A stretch of 64,000 nucleotides of DNA from the human T2T-CHM13v2.0 reference genome, Homo sapiens, in assembly GCF_009914755.1 (NCBI RefSeq), contig NC_060931.1. One strand, 5' to 3'. Below are positions 24,716 to 46,227 of the stretch, piece by piece; the first letter of the stretch is position 1; every line of letters begins with the position of its first letter. The notes beneath the pieces were generated by a model. It was not told the DNA's origin. It ran no database searches and saw only the letters and a list, made by a program, of their open reading frames with translations. The position numbers and the translations under genes were made by a program.

Positions 24716-26880
24716 GTGGAGGGTAAGTCCGTCCCCTTCTTAATCAATACGGAGGCTACTCACTCCACATTACCTTCTTTTCAAGGGCCTGTTTCCCTTG
24801 CTTCCATAACTGTTGTGGGTATTGACGGCCAGGCTTCTAAACCTCTTAAAACTCCCCAACTCTGGTGCCAACTTAGACAATACTCTTTTAAGCACTCCTT
24901 TTTAGTTATCCCCACCTGCCCAGTTCCCTTATTAGGCCGAGACACTTTAACTAAATTATCTGCTTCCCTGACTATTCCTAGGCTACAGCCACACCTCATT
25001 GCCACCTTTTTCTCCAGTTCAAAGCCTCCTTCACATCCTCCCTTTGTATCTCCCCACCTTAACCCACAAGTATAAGACACCTCTACTCCCTCCTTGGTGG
25101 CCAATCATGCACCCCTTACCATTTCATTAAAATCTAATCACCCTTACCCTGCTCAGTGCCAAGATCCCATCCCACTGCATGCTTTGAAAGGATTAAAGCC
25201 TATTATCACTTGCCTGCTAGAGCATGGCCTTTTAAAGCCTATAAACTCTCCTTACAATTCCCCCATTTTACCTGTCCTAAAACCAGACAAGGCTTACAGG
25301 TTAGTTCAGGATCTGCACCTTATCAACCAAATTGTTTTGCCTATCCATCCCATGGTGCCAAACCCATATACTCTCCTATCCTTAATACCTCCCTCTACAA
25401 ACCATTATTCTGTACTGGATTTCAAACATACTTTCTTTACTATTCCTTTGCACCCTTCATCCCAGCCTCTCTTTGCTTTCACTTAGACTGACCCTGACAC
25501 CCATTAGGCTCAACAAATTACCTGGGCTGTACTGCTGCAAGGCTTCACAGACAGCCCCCATTACTTCAGTCAAGCCCAAATTTCATCCTCATCTGTTACC
25601 TATCTCAGCGTAATTCTCATAAGAACACACGTGCTCTCCCTGCTGATCGTGTCCGATTAATCTCCCAAACCTCAATCCCTTACAAAACAACAACTCCTTT
25701 CCTTCCTAGGCATGGTTAGTGTGGTCAGAATTCTTACACAAGAGCCAGGACTGCACCCTGTAGCCTTTCTGTAAACAACTTGACCTTACTGTTTTAGCCT
25801 AGCCATCATGTCTCCGTGCAGCGGCTGCTGCCACCCTAATACTTTTAGAGGCCCTCAAAATCACAAACTATGCTCAACTCACTCTCTACATTTCTCATAA
25901 CTTCCAAAATCTATTTTCTTCCTCATACCTGATGCATATACTTTCTGTTCCCCGGCTCCTTCAGCTGTACCCACTCTTTGTTAAGTCCCACTATTACCAT
26001 TTTCCTGGCCCGTACTTCAATCTCGCCTCCCACATTATTCCTGATACCACACCTGACCTCCATGACTGTATCTCTCTGATCCATCTGACATTCACCCCAT
26101 TTCCCCATATTTCCTTCTTTCCTGTTCCTCACCCTGATCACGCTTGATTTATTGATGGCACTTCCACCAGGCCTAATTGCCACACACCAGCAAAGCCAGG
26201 CTATGCTATAGTACAAGCCACTAGCCCGCCTCTTAGAACCTCTCATTTCCTTTCCATCCTGGAAATCTATCCTCAAGGAAATAACTTCTCAGTTGTCCAT
26301 CTGCTATTCTACTACTCCTCAGGGATTATTCAGGCCCCCTCCCTTCTCTACACATCAAGCTCAAGGATTTGCCCCTGCCCAGGACTGGCAAATTAGCTTT
26401 ACTCAACATGCCCCAAGTCACAAAAACTAAAATACCTCTTAGTCTAAGTAGACACTTTCACTAGACAGGTAGAGGCCTTTCCTACAGGGTCTGAGAAGGC
26501 CACCGCAGTCATTTCTTCCCTTCTGTCAGACATAATTCCTCAGTTTAGCCTTCCCACCTCTATACAGTCTGATAACAGACCAGCCTTTATTAGTGAAATC
26601 AGCCAAGCAGTTTTTCAGGCTCTTAGTATTCAGTGAAACCTTTATATCCCTTACAGTCCTCCATCTTCAGGAAAAGTAGAACGGACTAAAGGTCTTTTAA
26701 AAACACACCTCACCAAGCTCAGCCACCAACTTAAAAACGGACTGGACAATATTTTACCACTTTCCCTTCTCAGAAGTCAGACCTGTCCTCAGAATGCTAC
26801 AGGGTACAGCCCATTTGAGCTCCTGAATAGATGCTCCTTTTTATTAGGCCCCAGTTTCATTTGACACCAGACCATCTTAG
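24716..26880 (+). pseudogene. pol: HERV-H pro-pol remnants (protease, RT, integrase), disrupted and internally deleted
   Basis: FLINTEATHS (protease DTG motif mutated to NTE), SPYNSPILPV...YRLVQDL...YSVLDFKHTFFTIPL (RT), integrase-like SIQSDNRPAF; multiple stops. Confidence 0.88.
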
Positions 26881-27463
26881 ACTGTGCCCCAAAAAACTTG
26901 TCATCCCTACTATCTCTGTCTAGTCATACTCTTATTCACCGTTCTCAACTACTCATATATGCCGTGCTCTTGTTTACACTGCCAGTTTACACTGTTTCTC
27001 CAAGCCATCACAGCTGATATCTCCTGGTGCTATCCCCAGACTGCCACTCTTAACTCTTGAAGTAAATAAATAATCTTTGCTGACAGGACTATGCTGAATT
27101 TCCTTAGGCACTCTTATAGATGTCCTAGGTCCTCCCAATTCTTAGACCTTTAATACCTGTTTTTCTCCTTCTCTTACTCGGTTTAGTTTTTCAATTCATA
27201 CAAAACCGTATCCAGGCCATCACCAATAATTCTAAATGACAAATGTTTCTTCTAACAGTCCCATAATATCACCCCTTACCACAAAATCTTCCTTCAGCTT
27301 AATCTCTCCCACTCTAGGTTCCCATGCCGCCCCTAATCCTGCTAGAAGCAGCCCTGAGAAACATTGCCCATTGTCTCTCCATACCACCCCCAAAAATTTT
27401 TACCGTCCCAACACTTTACCACTATTTTGTTTTATTTTTCTTATTAATATAAGAAGACAGGAA

Positions 27464-27872
27464 TGTCAGGCCTCTGAGCCCAAGCTAAGCCATCATATCC
27501 CCTGTGACCTGCACATACACATCCAGATGGCCGGTTCCTGCCTTAACTGATGACATTCCACCACAAAAGAAGTGAAAATGGCCTGTTCCTGCCTTAACTG
27601 ATGACATTGTCTTGTGAAATTCCTTCTCCTGGCTCATCCTGGCTCAAAAGCTCCCCTACTGAGCACCTTGTGACCCCCCACTCTGCCCGCCAGAGAAAAC
27701 CCCCCTTTGACTGTAATTTTCCTTTACCCAAATCCTATAAAATGGCCCCACCCCTATCTCCCTTCGCTGACTCTCTTTTGGGACTCAGCCCACCTGCACC
27801 CAGGTGAAATAAACAGCTTTATTGCTCACACAAAGCCTGTTTGGTGGTCTCTTCACAGGGATGCGAGTGAAA
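27464..27872 (+). mobile_element. 3' LTR7
   Basis: Same structure as the 5' LTR; about 12 substitutions and 5 small indels by manual comparison; ACAAAAGA at 27563-27570. Confidence 0.95.
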
Positions 27873-28139
27873 ACCTAATTATTTGCAATACATGAATTTT
27901 ATGCATAAAATAATCAACTGGTTTGTCTGTATATATTACAGATTGTTTATGATTTATGGGATACATCAGTATGGATGCTTTTGTAAGCAAGTAACGAAAA
28001 ATCAATCAAAATTGATTTAATGGAAAGGAGCTTTATTTACTCACATAACTGGAAGATAAGTGATAAAATGCAGTTGAGTATTAATGTGGTGCACCCAGCT
28101 TCACTTTTTACAAATCTTCCTCTGTGAGGGATAATTTTC

Positions 28140-28970
28140 ACACAACAAATACACCTGTTTTAATAGTTCTGTTTGATGAGTTCTGACAAACATATGCAAC
28201 CACAATCCTAATTAAGATTAAACATTTTCTTCACTCCCCCAAATTCTTCTGTGATTTTTGTGGTCAACCCTCCCCCCCACCCCCATCTGTAGCCCTTGGC
28301 AGTCACTTATCTGATTTCCAACTTTACAAACTAGTTTTCTTTTTGCAGAATTCCATAAATCATCAGTCATGTCTGGCTTCTTTTGCTCAGCATCACATTT
28401 TTGAGACATATTTAGGTGATTGTATGTATCAGTAGTGTGTGTATTTGAAGTTCATGCTTTTACATTTCCAAGTAGTATTACATTGCAAGAATACACCACA
28501 GTTTGTAAATCCATTCACCTGTTGAGGGAATTTGGATTGTTTCCAATTTGGGCTATTATTAATAGAACTGTTATGAACATTTGAATATAAGTCTGTGTTG
28601 GCATATATTTTCATTTTCTTGGGCATTGCTGAATTTTATGGTAAGTGTATGTTTATTTTCCAAAGTGGCTATGCCATTTGACAACCTCACCAACAATATA
28701 TGAGACTTCAAGTTGCTCTACATTGAAGCCAACATATGGTATTGTCAATCTTCTTAATTCTATCCTATTATACTTATGTCTAGTGGTATCTCATTGTTTA
28801 ATTTTCATTTCCCTGATGAGGAAAGATGTTGAGAATCTTTTCTAAGCGCTTTTTGGCCATTCATATATCTTCTTTAGTGAAGTTTTTTAAAAAAGTATTT
28901 CTACCATTTTTATTTCTTTGCTTGCCTTATTATTGAGTTTTAAAAGCTATTTATATATTCTCAATACAGG
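28140..28970 (-). mobile_element. Old L1M 3' fragment
   Basis: CATTCACCTGTTGAGGGAATTTGGATTGTTTCCAATTTGGGCTATTAT; AGTGGTATCTCATTG. Confidence 0.75.
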
Positions 28971-28971
28971 T

Positions 28972-29190
28972 TGTAGGGGAAAGGGTTAACCTAGCAGTCT
29001 TGAGTTGCTCAAAACTTGTGCATTCCCAAGAAGGGCCTGTTTTCATCACAAGCTTTTGACCAGCTACTGGGAATTGAGCTCATGGAATGCTCTGACTGTT
29101 AAGAGTGTTTTGCATGCTTAGGGCCTTTGCGCCATACTTTAACAGTTTGTCTAGATTTCTCACAAATAATGTGATTTATATTGAGCACCA
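28972..29190 (+). mobile_element. MER21-like LTR 5' fragment
   Basis: TGTAGGGGAAAGGGTTAACCTAGCAG start resembles the MER21 group. Confidence 0.45.
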
Positions 29191-29354
29191 ACAGGTAATT
29201 TTGAAATTAGATAGAGGAAATAGTGGTGTATTGTGAAAGTACTAAATGCTTTAAAATGATTTTACTGTGTTGTACACTTTAAAATGATTAATTTCGTGTT
29301 ATATGAGTTTTACCTTAATAAAAAACGGTAACAATTTTAAAAATCAGAAAAGGG

Positions 29355-29668
<314 letters not shown>

Positions 29669-29675
29669 AGAAAAG

Positions 29676-30530
29676 GATTTGAATAGACGTTTCTCCAAAG
29701 AAGATGTGTAAATGGCTAAGCATATTAAAAGATATTATCAGCATCAGTAGTCATTAGGGGAATGCAAATCAAAAACAGAATGTGATACTACTTTACACAC
29801 ACTAGGGTATCTACAATAAAAAAGACAGATATTAACAGTTGGAGGGGATGTAAATAATTTGCAACCCTTATGCATTGCTGGTGGAATATAAAATAGGGCA
29901 GTTGCTGAGGAGGTCAATTTGACACTTCCTCAAAAAGTTAAAAATAAAGTTAACCAGAAACCCCAGCAATTCTGCTCCTAGGTATTTGCCTCAGAGAAAT
30001 AAAATTTTTGTGTCCACTTGAGCCCAATGCACAATGTTCACAGTAGCATTATTCATAATAGCCAAATAGTGAAAACAACCCAAATATTCATCAACTGATG
30101 AATGGATAAATATAGTATTGTATATGCATTAAATAGAATATTATTCTGCAATAAAAAGAAATGAAATACTGATACAAGTTACAAGATGGTTGGATCTTTA
30201 AAACAATATTCTCAGTGAAAAAAATCTAGTCACAGAAAGGGATAGATTAAATAGTCAAATTTATATAAAATGCCTAGTATAGGAAAACTCAGAGACAAGA
30301 AGCAGATTTGTGGTTTCTCAGGGCTGACGGTGGTTGGGGAGAGGGGTGGAGTGGGATGGGTATTTACTGTGGGGCATGACATTTCTTTTAGAAGAGACAA
30401 AACATTTTGAAATAAATTGAGATGCTCATTTCACAGCCTAGTGAATATACTAAAAACATTGAATTATACACTTCAAATGGGTATACTGTGTGATATGTGA
30501 ATCGTAGCTCAATGAAGCTGTTTAAAAAAA
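29676..30530 (+). mobile_element. Old L1M (L1MB/ME-like) ORF2 end and 3' UTR
   Basis: GAATAGACGTTTCTCCAAAGAAGAT, ATGCAAATCAAAA, CCCAGCAATTCTGCTCCTAGGTAT, A-rich end. Confidence 0.8.
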
Positions 30531-31129
30531 ACAAGCACTATGGAGGCTGGTAACTTGCAGTTGAATTTTAAAACAAATGTTAACTAAGTTATTAATATAT
30601 TCAGCTTATCTCTACTTATATGTGCTCAACACAACTTGCAACCTCTTAAAACAAAGTTTAAATACTACTCATGTTAAAAAATGAAAATACTGCATTGTTT
30701 TAACATCACAAACACTCACAAAAACCTTTGTGAACCATTCTAACATCAATCAAGAATTTGCTGCATAGGCTTAGAAACTTCTCCTCTAAGAGACAACATT
30801 AAATTAAGCATATGAAATAATTTTCAGGATAATATAATTGATAAAATATCTAGCAATACTAGTGGATAAGACCTGAAAGGAATAAACTAGCAACTATACC
30901 TCAATATTTCTTAGTGAACTTTTTCCTTTCTAGTTCAAGAGAGGTCACTCTGTGATAAATTGATAAAGCTTATTTTTTAAAAATAATAGTTCTTTATATT
31001 TAAAAAATGGCTTGCAATAGTTTCTGCTTTACTGCTTTTGATCTCCAGGAATAGGTACTGAGGGATTCCAGTTGTGAGAAATGGGAAGAAGAAAAGCAGA
31101 ATCCGCTGGCTCCTGAAAGCGGTCCATCT

Positions 31130-31340
31130 TAGAGCAGACACATCTCAAATCTTTCATTAATTAGCTGTATATATATTAATTAGCTGATATAACTTCTCCA
31201 AGTCTTGCCTTCTTCATTTATAAAATGCATAACATAATAATACATACTTTAGCAGGGTTGTGAAAATCAAATTAGGCAATGTATGTAAATCCTTACATAA
31301 GTATTCAATATTATGACAACTATTATTATTATTATTATTA
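31130..31340 (+). mobile_element. MIR SINE
   Basis: CTTCATTTATAAAATG...CAGGGTTGTGAAAATCAAATTAG, TATT tail. Confidence 0.6.
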
Positions 31341-33909
31341 ATGCTTTTGTTGCTATTTTTATTATTTTGATGATCATGTCTAGGATTAATAATTCCTGAC
31401 CCCAAAAGACTATCTAGTGCTCTAAACTTTCGGAAGCAGATTCTAAAAGGATGAGTTTTTTTCCCTTCTTTATTCGGAGTTGGTAGATTGGTCAGGAGAT
31501 AGGGGAGTCTGTGGTGGGAAGAACATACATGATTCTATATAATGCTCATATGGTCTTTGTGATCATATGCGGTGAGGACACACAATTTACTAATGAAACC
31601 TTGAAGCTCTATTTTATTATCAAAGTACTGAGCTCTCCATTTGTGTACAAAAAAAAAAAAAAAACTGGATTACCTGTCTTAACCTATGATAAGTTATAAA
31701 ACCTCCAAACTCTGTGGGCAACCAGTTCTGAAAACACACAAAAGACAGATTAAACTTTGAGTTTATATTGGAAAATTGGGGAGCTATTTGATTTTTTTCA
31801 TTACACTCCTTGTGATTATATGCATTGACAACCATATTGAGCAACTCAATTTTCCTTCACTACTACAAAGCAAATTCTTCTCCAAACACAGAAATATGTC
31901 TCTATTATGTGATATTCTTTCACCCGTTACATCTCAAATACTCAAGAATAAATTGTTCATAGAGTAAAAATGCACAAAGATACCTACTTGACTTGATAAA
32001 CTGTTTCCTGTTTTTAAATGAAACTGCATCACAGAATGGACTTTCCTTTTGTTTAATTTCCAGTTACCTGAGAATGAGGTAAAATGAAAAATGAAAGAAA
32101 AAGAAGTTAGAAATTTTTTTAGAGATTCTCTCTGTCAGATGCTTAAGTAATTCCTTTCTTCTAGGCCAAAAAGAAAATGCTTCCTAGCTCAGGGTATATA
32201 CCTATCAAATTGTAAAGGGAGCATTTCCACATTGTTTGTGCTACTCTAAGTTTTGGTTTAAAAGATCATTGTTTTATGTACATGTATTTCTAATTATCTC
32301 AGAAGAGTGAATATGAAGTGAGTGGCTTTACTGTCCCTTGAACTTTAGGGAATGCACAAGAAAATTTATGATTTCTTCTACTGAATTTTTCTCTCTTTGG
32401 TACTTTCTTTTTATTTCTGCTCTAGTTCAGTTATCCAACTTTGACTTTCACATCACTCAGTCTTACTTGTTGATGGTCAGTAGCTTTTCTACATAGTTTA
32501 GCATTTTTTCTATAGGTTTTAAAAAAATAATATGAGTGCTAGGTTTTCTATAATTTTATTTATCCATATCACAGTTCTTTGGGAGTCTTGTTTCCAGTGT
32601 TCCCTTGCACATCTAGCCAAGTTAAGAAGGAGACAATATTGCCAAACAAAGGGAGATTGAGATTCCAAGTCAAGGAATATTAGAGATAAAAGAGATTTGG
32701 AGATCAGTCATATGGACTCTTTGCTTTATAGATGAGTAAGCTAAAATCCAAAGGGTGAAGCATGCCTCCCAAGATTGCACATCATTAAGTGACATTAAAT
32801 CCTGTTTCCAAATCATCACTTACATATACAGTAGACTATCTACTCTTTGTTGGTGGTGGTATTAGTTGAGGACATTGATGGCAGTAAGTGAAAGCAGCAG
32901 TGGATTCAGGCCTTTTTTCCACTGACCCAAGTTGTAGACATTTAATTTGTTATTGGATTAACAACACTGCAAAACATTGGCAGATTATCAAAGAATGTGC
33001 CTGCCTTGGTAGAGCATGAAGTTATTCCTGTCTTTATGCGTATCAGGACAGTAGAAACAAAGAACACATTTTAGTTTGCTATTCCTGATATAGGAAGCTC
33101 TAATTTTGAGTTTCCCAGATGTATATCTAGGGCACAGTCAACAACATCACGTAATGCAGTTTCAGATGGCTGTGTCAGGGGCTTAGGGGCTCATCTTGGT
33201 GTGAGGCTCTAGAGTAAACCTATTGAATCCTGAGTTTCAATGGGTTTAACAGAGTATGTTCTGATTTATCTCAAGACAGAGAAATTACACAGTATTTTAG
33301 AAAGGCATTAAATTTTAATATTATATATTCATAATGTAAAAAATGAGATAAATTTGCAGAATTTGCTAATTCACTAATAAATCCATAGGAATAAAATATG
33401 TTGCCTTAGTCTTCTTACCTTTCAAAAGTATGACTACTCCTCTTTTGAAATGCTACTTGAGATGCTTGTCATCTTTAGGTGGGAACATATGTCTATTTCA
33501 TTTTATTTAGTGGAAGTTTTCCACTGGCTACTAATTAACTGATAATTTATGCTAGGCATTCCAGTTCAATTTCCTGACAAATCCAATCAGAAATCAAAAC
33601 GTGACTTACAAATTTAAATAAGGAGGAAACACTGACCAAAACAGAAATTAGTGTTCATGATCATCAGTGTGACTTGCAGCTTTATATTATCAACAAGAAT
33701 AGGGCAATGAAACTTCCATTGTGCTACAATTGTTGTCATCACAACTTCAATGAGATAATAATAAAGGATAATAAAAGGATTTTCATAAATTGCTTACTTG
33801 TTTTCTGAGAAGGTTTTACTACTGGATTTGAAGCTTTTGAAAGTACATTACTGTAACATACGAACATTGGGTTGTACTAGCTGATTAATTTAAAAGAGGA
33901 TAGTTAATG

Positions 33910-34440
33910 GGTATATCAGTCAAGGTCCAAATAAGAAAATAGACACCTTTTCAGGTCTTTCAAAGAGGCGAGATTTACTACAGAGGGCAATTACTGGAAA
34001 TTGCTGTCTATTTTATTTTAAAAGAGAGAACAGCTGAGGCATAAAAAAAGCAGAAGGTGAAGCAACCTACAGCTTAGCAGCAGCAGGACAGCACCATATG
34101 TGAGGGCTGGAGAGATGAGATAAAGGGATGGTGTTATCAGAGACCAGAAGGTAGGTCCTCCTATGGGAATTACAATTGTGGGGGCAGTTGGGAAGCTGCA
34201 TGATGGAAGTTTGGACCAGCAGGATACATGATCCCTGCCAGAGATGTCACCAGAAGTAGAAAGAGAAGGATAGAAATACATTGAATTTTTTTACCCTGCT
34301 CTCACCCTCCAAATTTTGCCATGGCTACTAATGGTCATGTCTAGTTGAAAGTCAGAAGACAAGGGAGACAAATAAATGTCATTACCTGTGATATTCAGAA
34401 GAGCAAGAGAAGTGGTAAGGGTGGAGAACACTTTCACAAT
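33910..34440. mobile_element. Ancient ERVL-type LTR (family uncertain)
   Basis: Begins TATATCAGTCAAGGTCCAAATAAG; resembles the element at 59323-59805. Confidence 0.4.
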
Positions 34441-34747
34441 GAGTATTCATTGATATAAAATAAGAATACCTTGATATATTCAAAAGGATAATATTTATAT
34501 TTTCATAAAAGAAACAAAGGATGACAGGAAATTTCCAAAACTTAACAATGACAACTCAAATTACAACATGCAACATTTGTCACTTGGTCTTTTAGAAAAA
34601 CAAGGGGGTAAAATAAAACATCTCTAGCTTTAATTTTGTGTTAAAAGGTTTTATACAAATGACTTAACCTTGCTTTCATTATATATCTGTTGAATACTAA
34701 ATATTTGTACACATAATAACTACGTCTCTATATTCATGCCAATGTTT

Positions 34748-35226
34748 TATTTTTATTTTATTTTATTTATTTATTACAATTTAAGTTCTGGGATACATGT
34801 GCAGAACATGCAGGTTTGTTAAATAGGTATACACGTGCCATGGTGGTTTACTGCACCCATGAACCCATCATGTACATTAGGTATCTCTCCTAATGCTATC
34901 CCTCCCCTAGCCCCCCACCCCCTGACAGGCCCCAGTGTATGATGTTTCCCTCCCTGTGTCCCTGTGTTCTCATTGTTCAGCTCCCACATATGAGTGAGAA
35001 CATGTGGTGTTTAGTTTTCTGTTCCTGTGTTAGTTCGCTGAGAATGATGGTTTCCAGCTTCATCCATGTCCCTGCAAAGGACATGAACTCATCCTGTTTT
35101 ATGGCTGCAAAGTATTCCAGGGTGCATATGTGCCACATTATCTTTATCCAGTCTATCATTGATGGGCCTTTGGGCTGGTTCCAAGTCTTTCCTATTGTAA
35201 ATAGTGCTGCAGTAAACATACGTGTG
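34748..35226 (-). mobile_element. 5'-truncated L1PA8-like element with 17-bp TSD
   Basis: TSD TATTCATG(C/T)CAATGTTT at 34731-34747 and 35227-35243; GTTT/AA endonuclease site; ORF2 C-terminus MFTAALFTIGKTWNQPK. Confidence 0.93.
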
Positions 35227-36129
35227 TATTCATGTCAATGTTTAAGAGATTTGCTGTAAACATTATTACAGTATAATCTATGTAGGGGATGTCAGACAAG
35301 TGATAGTATTCACAACAATTTAGTCATAAATCAACAAAACTCCCATTATTTTAGCCATAATTATGTGGCTGTTTCCTTTATTTACTTAGGCAAAGATCTA
35401 GACCCAGAGACATGGAGACAATAACTTTATTTTCAGTCAGTCAACAACAATTTTCCTGTCTATGTGACTACAAATATGTTAAGAATTTTAGGAGGAGTAA
35501 GAGAAATGACAGCCCTGGTTTTCATCTTTAAGAGAGAGTAACAACAAAAACGAATATATTAAATTATTTAGTTGTACTGGCCAAAAGAAAGAATAAGATT
35601 AAATGTAATAATATGGGCTTAAGAGCACAGTTTTCATAGTCAGACAACGTTAACTGTTTTAGTTTTGCAATGTTTTGCAAATTGCTTTAGGAGTCTTTGT
35701 TTATTGTAATAGGGATAGAGATATTATCTGTTTCATGGAGTGGTTATAAGAAGTGATTAAACACATGAAGCAATACAGGGTACAGAATGTACTATCGTCA
35801 ATGAATGGTAGTTATTATTCATAATAATATTAATGTTACTACTACTAATAATGACAAGAATAGATGGGCAAGACAGGGGAGACTAGAACTGGGCTTTGAA
35901 GGATCAGTAGAATTTGGATAGGTTAAGGAGGGTATTATTCTAGAAAGTACAAATAGTCGTGAGAAAGGCTTACAAGGAGGGAAAAACACTCGCAACAGAT
36001 GTATGGGGCCAGTGGATTGAGAGAAAGCTAAGTAAAAAGACGACTATCAGGTCATTGAAGATGTCAAAAATAAGGCAATGATAGGGTTCAACCTCTCTTC
36101 CAAGCATAGAATGAAACTTTACAAGTTTT

Positions 36130-39600
<3,471 letters not shown>

Positions 39601-40559
39601 GATCTGAAGTTTGTTGTGGCTTTAATTTATTTTACCACTGACTTTAAGCACTTTTAGGTTGGGAACAGGACATTCCTTTTAGTGAGATCTAGGATATGTG
39701 CACTAACAACATTCTGGAAATTTACCTAGTTTATAGTCACACTACCAATTTTTGTAAATGTGAGAAATATTTTTCTACTTTCTATCCTAGCTGCTAGAAT
39801 TTGGAGCAGCTGTGGAGTTTTTTGTTTTGTTTTTGCTTTCCAGTTTTACCCCTTGCTTACTGGGCCATAGTATATCTTTTTTGAGTGCTGAGGTCTCCTC
39901 AAGGCATTCAGAGAACAAATGCTCTTCACTGTATGAAGGTCTAGAATGCCCCGGATGTGTTTCTTTCAGTTCTACTAGTGTGTTCACAGTCTTTCATGTT
40001 TGAAAGCCTAAAGTTACTGATAACATTTTTTTTTTTTTTTTAGCTTTCTTTTCTTGATGTCCCACCTGCTAAGGTTGCTGCCTTGAATATACAGGAAACC
40101 CTTCACACCTGAGGGAGAATTTCCCTGAACTTCCTTCCCTGACTCTGGAGATTAGTGTAATATTGCTGAATATTTGGTGAAGAGCTCAGGGGAATAATTG
40201 GCAGGTGGTAACATCTATAGCCCAGCTTTTTTTTTTAGGACAATTTCAGTTGTTTTCCTTATCTCTTTTATGGCATATTCTTCATCCTCTCATTAGTATT
40301 CTAAGAATATAAATGTCTTGTCACTTGTCGTAGTTTAATTCATTTGTGTTTCTTTTTTTTTCTTTTTTTTTTATTATACTTTCAGTTCTAGGGTACATGT
40401 GCACAACATGCAGGTTTGTTTCATATGTATACATGTGCCATGTTGGTTTGCTGTACCCATTAACTTGTCATTTACACTAGGTATTTCTCCTAATGCTATC
40501 CCTCCCCCATCCCCCCACCCCACAACAGACCCCAGTGTGTGATGTTCCCCGCCCTGTGT

Positions 40560-44383
<3,824 letters not shown>

Positions 44384-44439
44384 TATGATGTTAGCTGGTT
44401 ATTTTGCCCATTAGTTGATGCAGTTTCTTCCTAGCGTCG

Positions 44440-45471
44440 ATGGTCTTTACAATTTGGCATGTTTTTGCAGTGGCTGGTACCGATTGTTCCTTTCCATGTT
44501 TAGTGCTTCCTTTAGGAGCTCTTGTAAGGCAGGCCTGGTGGTGACAAAATCTCTGTGTTTCCTTGTCTCTAAAGGATTTTATTTCTCCTTCACTTATGAA
44601 GCTTAATTTGGCTGGATATGAAACTCTGGGTTGAAAATTCCTTTCCTTAAGAATGTTGAATATTGGCCCCCAATCTCTTCTGGCTTGCAGGGTTTCTGCT
44701 GAGAGATCTGCTGTTAGTCTGATGGGCTTTCCTTTGTGGGTAACCCGACCTTTCTCTCTGGCTGCCCTTAGCATTTTTTCCTTCATTTCAACCTTGGTGA
44801 ATCTGACAATTATGTGTCTTGGAGTTGCTCTTCTCGGGGCATATCTTTGTGTTGTTTTCTGTATTTCCTGAATTTGAATGTTGGCCTGCCTTGCTATGTT
44901 GGGGAGGTTCTCTTGGATAATATCCTGAAGAGTGTTTTCCAGCTTGGTTCCATTCTCCCCGTCACTTTCAGGTACACCAATCATACCTAGATTTGGTCTT
45001 TTCACATAGTCCCATATTTCTTGGAGGCTTTGTTCATTTCTTTTTACTCTTTTTTCTCTAAACTTCTCTTCTTGCTTCATTTCATTAATTTGATCTTCAA
45101 TCACTGATACCCTTTCTTCTAGTTGATTGAATCAGCTACAGAAGCTTGTGCATTCATCACATAGTTCTCGTGCCATGGTTTTCAGCTTCATCAGGACATT
45201 TAAGTTCTTCTCTACACTGTTTATTCTAGTTAGACTTTTGTCTAATCTTTTTTTCAAGGTTTTTAGCTTCCTTGCGATGAGTTCAAACATCCTCCTTTAG
45301 CTTGGAGACGTTTGTTATTACCGACTTTCTGAAGCCTACTTCTGTCAACTCGTCAAAGTCGTTCTCTGTCCTGCTTTGTTCCATTGCTGGCGAGGAGCTA
45401 CGATCCTTTGGAGGAGAAGGGGCGTTCTGGTTTTTAGAATTTTCAGCTTTTCTGCTCGGGTTTCTCCCCAT
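44440..45471 (-). pseudogene. L1 ORF1, disrupted
   Basis: MGRNPSRKAENSKNQ..., EIWDYVKRPNL, RATPRHIIVRF, YPAKLSF. Confidence 0.93.
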
Positions 45472-46067
45472 CTTTGTGGTTTTATTTACCTTTGGTCTTT
45501 GATGATGGTGACCTACAGATGGGGTTTTGGTATGGATGTCCTTTTTGTTGATGTTGATGCTATTCCTTTCTGTTCGTTAGTTTTTCTTCTAACAGGTCCC
45601 TCAGATGCAGGTCTGTTGGAGTTTGCTGGAGGTCCATTCCAGACCCTGTTTGCCTGGGTATCACCAGCAGAGGCTGCAGAACAGCAAATATTGCAGAGCA
45701 GCAAATATTGCTGCCTCATCCTTCCTCTGGAAGCTTCGTCTCAGAGGGGCACCTGCCTATATGAGGTGTCCATCAGTCCCTACTGTGCAGTGTCTCCAAG
45801 TTAGGCTACATGGGGGTCAGGGACTCACTTGAGGAGGCAGTCTGTCTGTTCTCAGAGCTCAAATACCATGCTGGGAGAACCACTGCTCTCTTCAGAGTTG
45901 TCAGACAGGGAAGTTTAAGTCTGCAGATGTTTCTGTTGCCTTTTGTTGAGCCATGTCCTGCCTCCAGAGGTGGAGTCTATAGTGGTAGGCAGGCCTTGTT
46001 GAGCTGCGGTGGGCTCCACTGAGTTCAAGCTTCCAGGCCACTTTGTTTACCTACTCAAGCCCCAGCA

Positions 46068-46227
46068 ATGGTGGACGCCCCTCCCCCAGCCAGGCTTGCC
46101 ACCTCGCAGTTTGATCTTGGACAGCAGTGAGCAAGGCTCCGTGGGCGTGGGATCCACTGAGCCAGGTGTGGGATATAATCTTCTGGTGTGCTATTTGCTA
46201 AGACCATTGGAAAAGTATAGTGTTTAG
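46068..46227 (+). pseudogene. L1 ORF0 remnant (antisense promoter region), frameshifted
   Basis: ATG at 46068 (MVDAPPPA..) is out of frame with LPPRSLI...SVGVGSTEPGVGYNLLV, which is ORF0-homologous. Confidence 0.7.

Larger units (their letters stand above)
22252..27872 (+). mobile_element. HERV-H provirus (common pol/env-deleted form, 5.6 kb) with two LTR7
   Basis: Paired LTRs, 5-bp TSD ACCTA (22247-22251, 27873-27877), tRNA-His PBS, gag/pro/pol remnants, PPT AAGAAGACAGGAA (27451-27463). Confidence 0.97.

Noticed and set aside
30920-32200. Several AG/GT pairs (after 30933, 31049, 32063, 32164) as exons for the HERV-H donor
   Set aside because: Very short spans and weak donors; indistinguishable from background without RNA data
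45678-45715. Repeat AGAACAGCAAATATTGC in the L1 5' UTR
   Set aside because: As far as I recall this is a consensus feature of L1PA5-7 5' UTRs, not locus-specific
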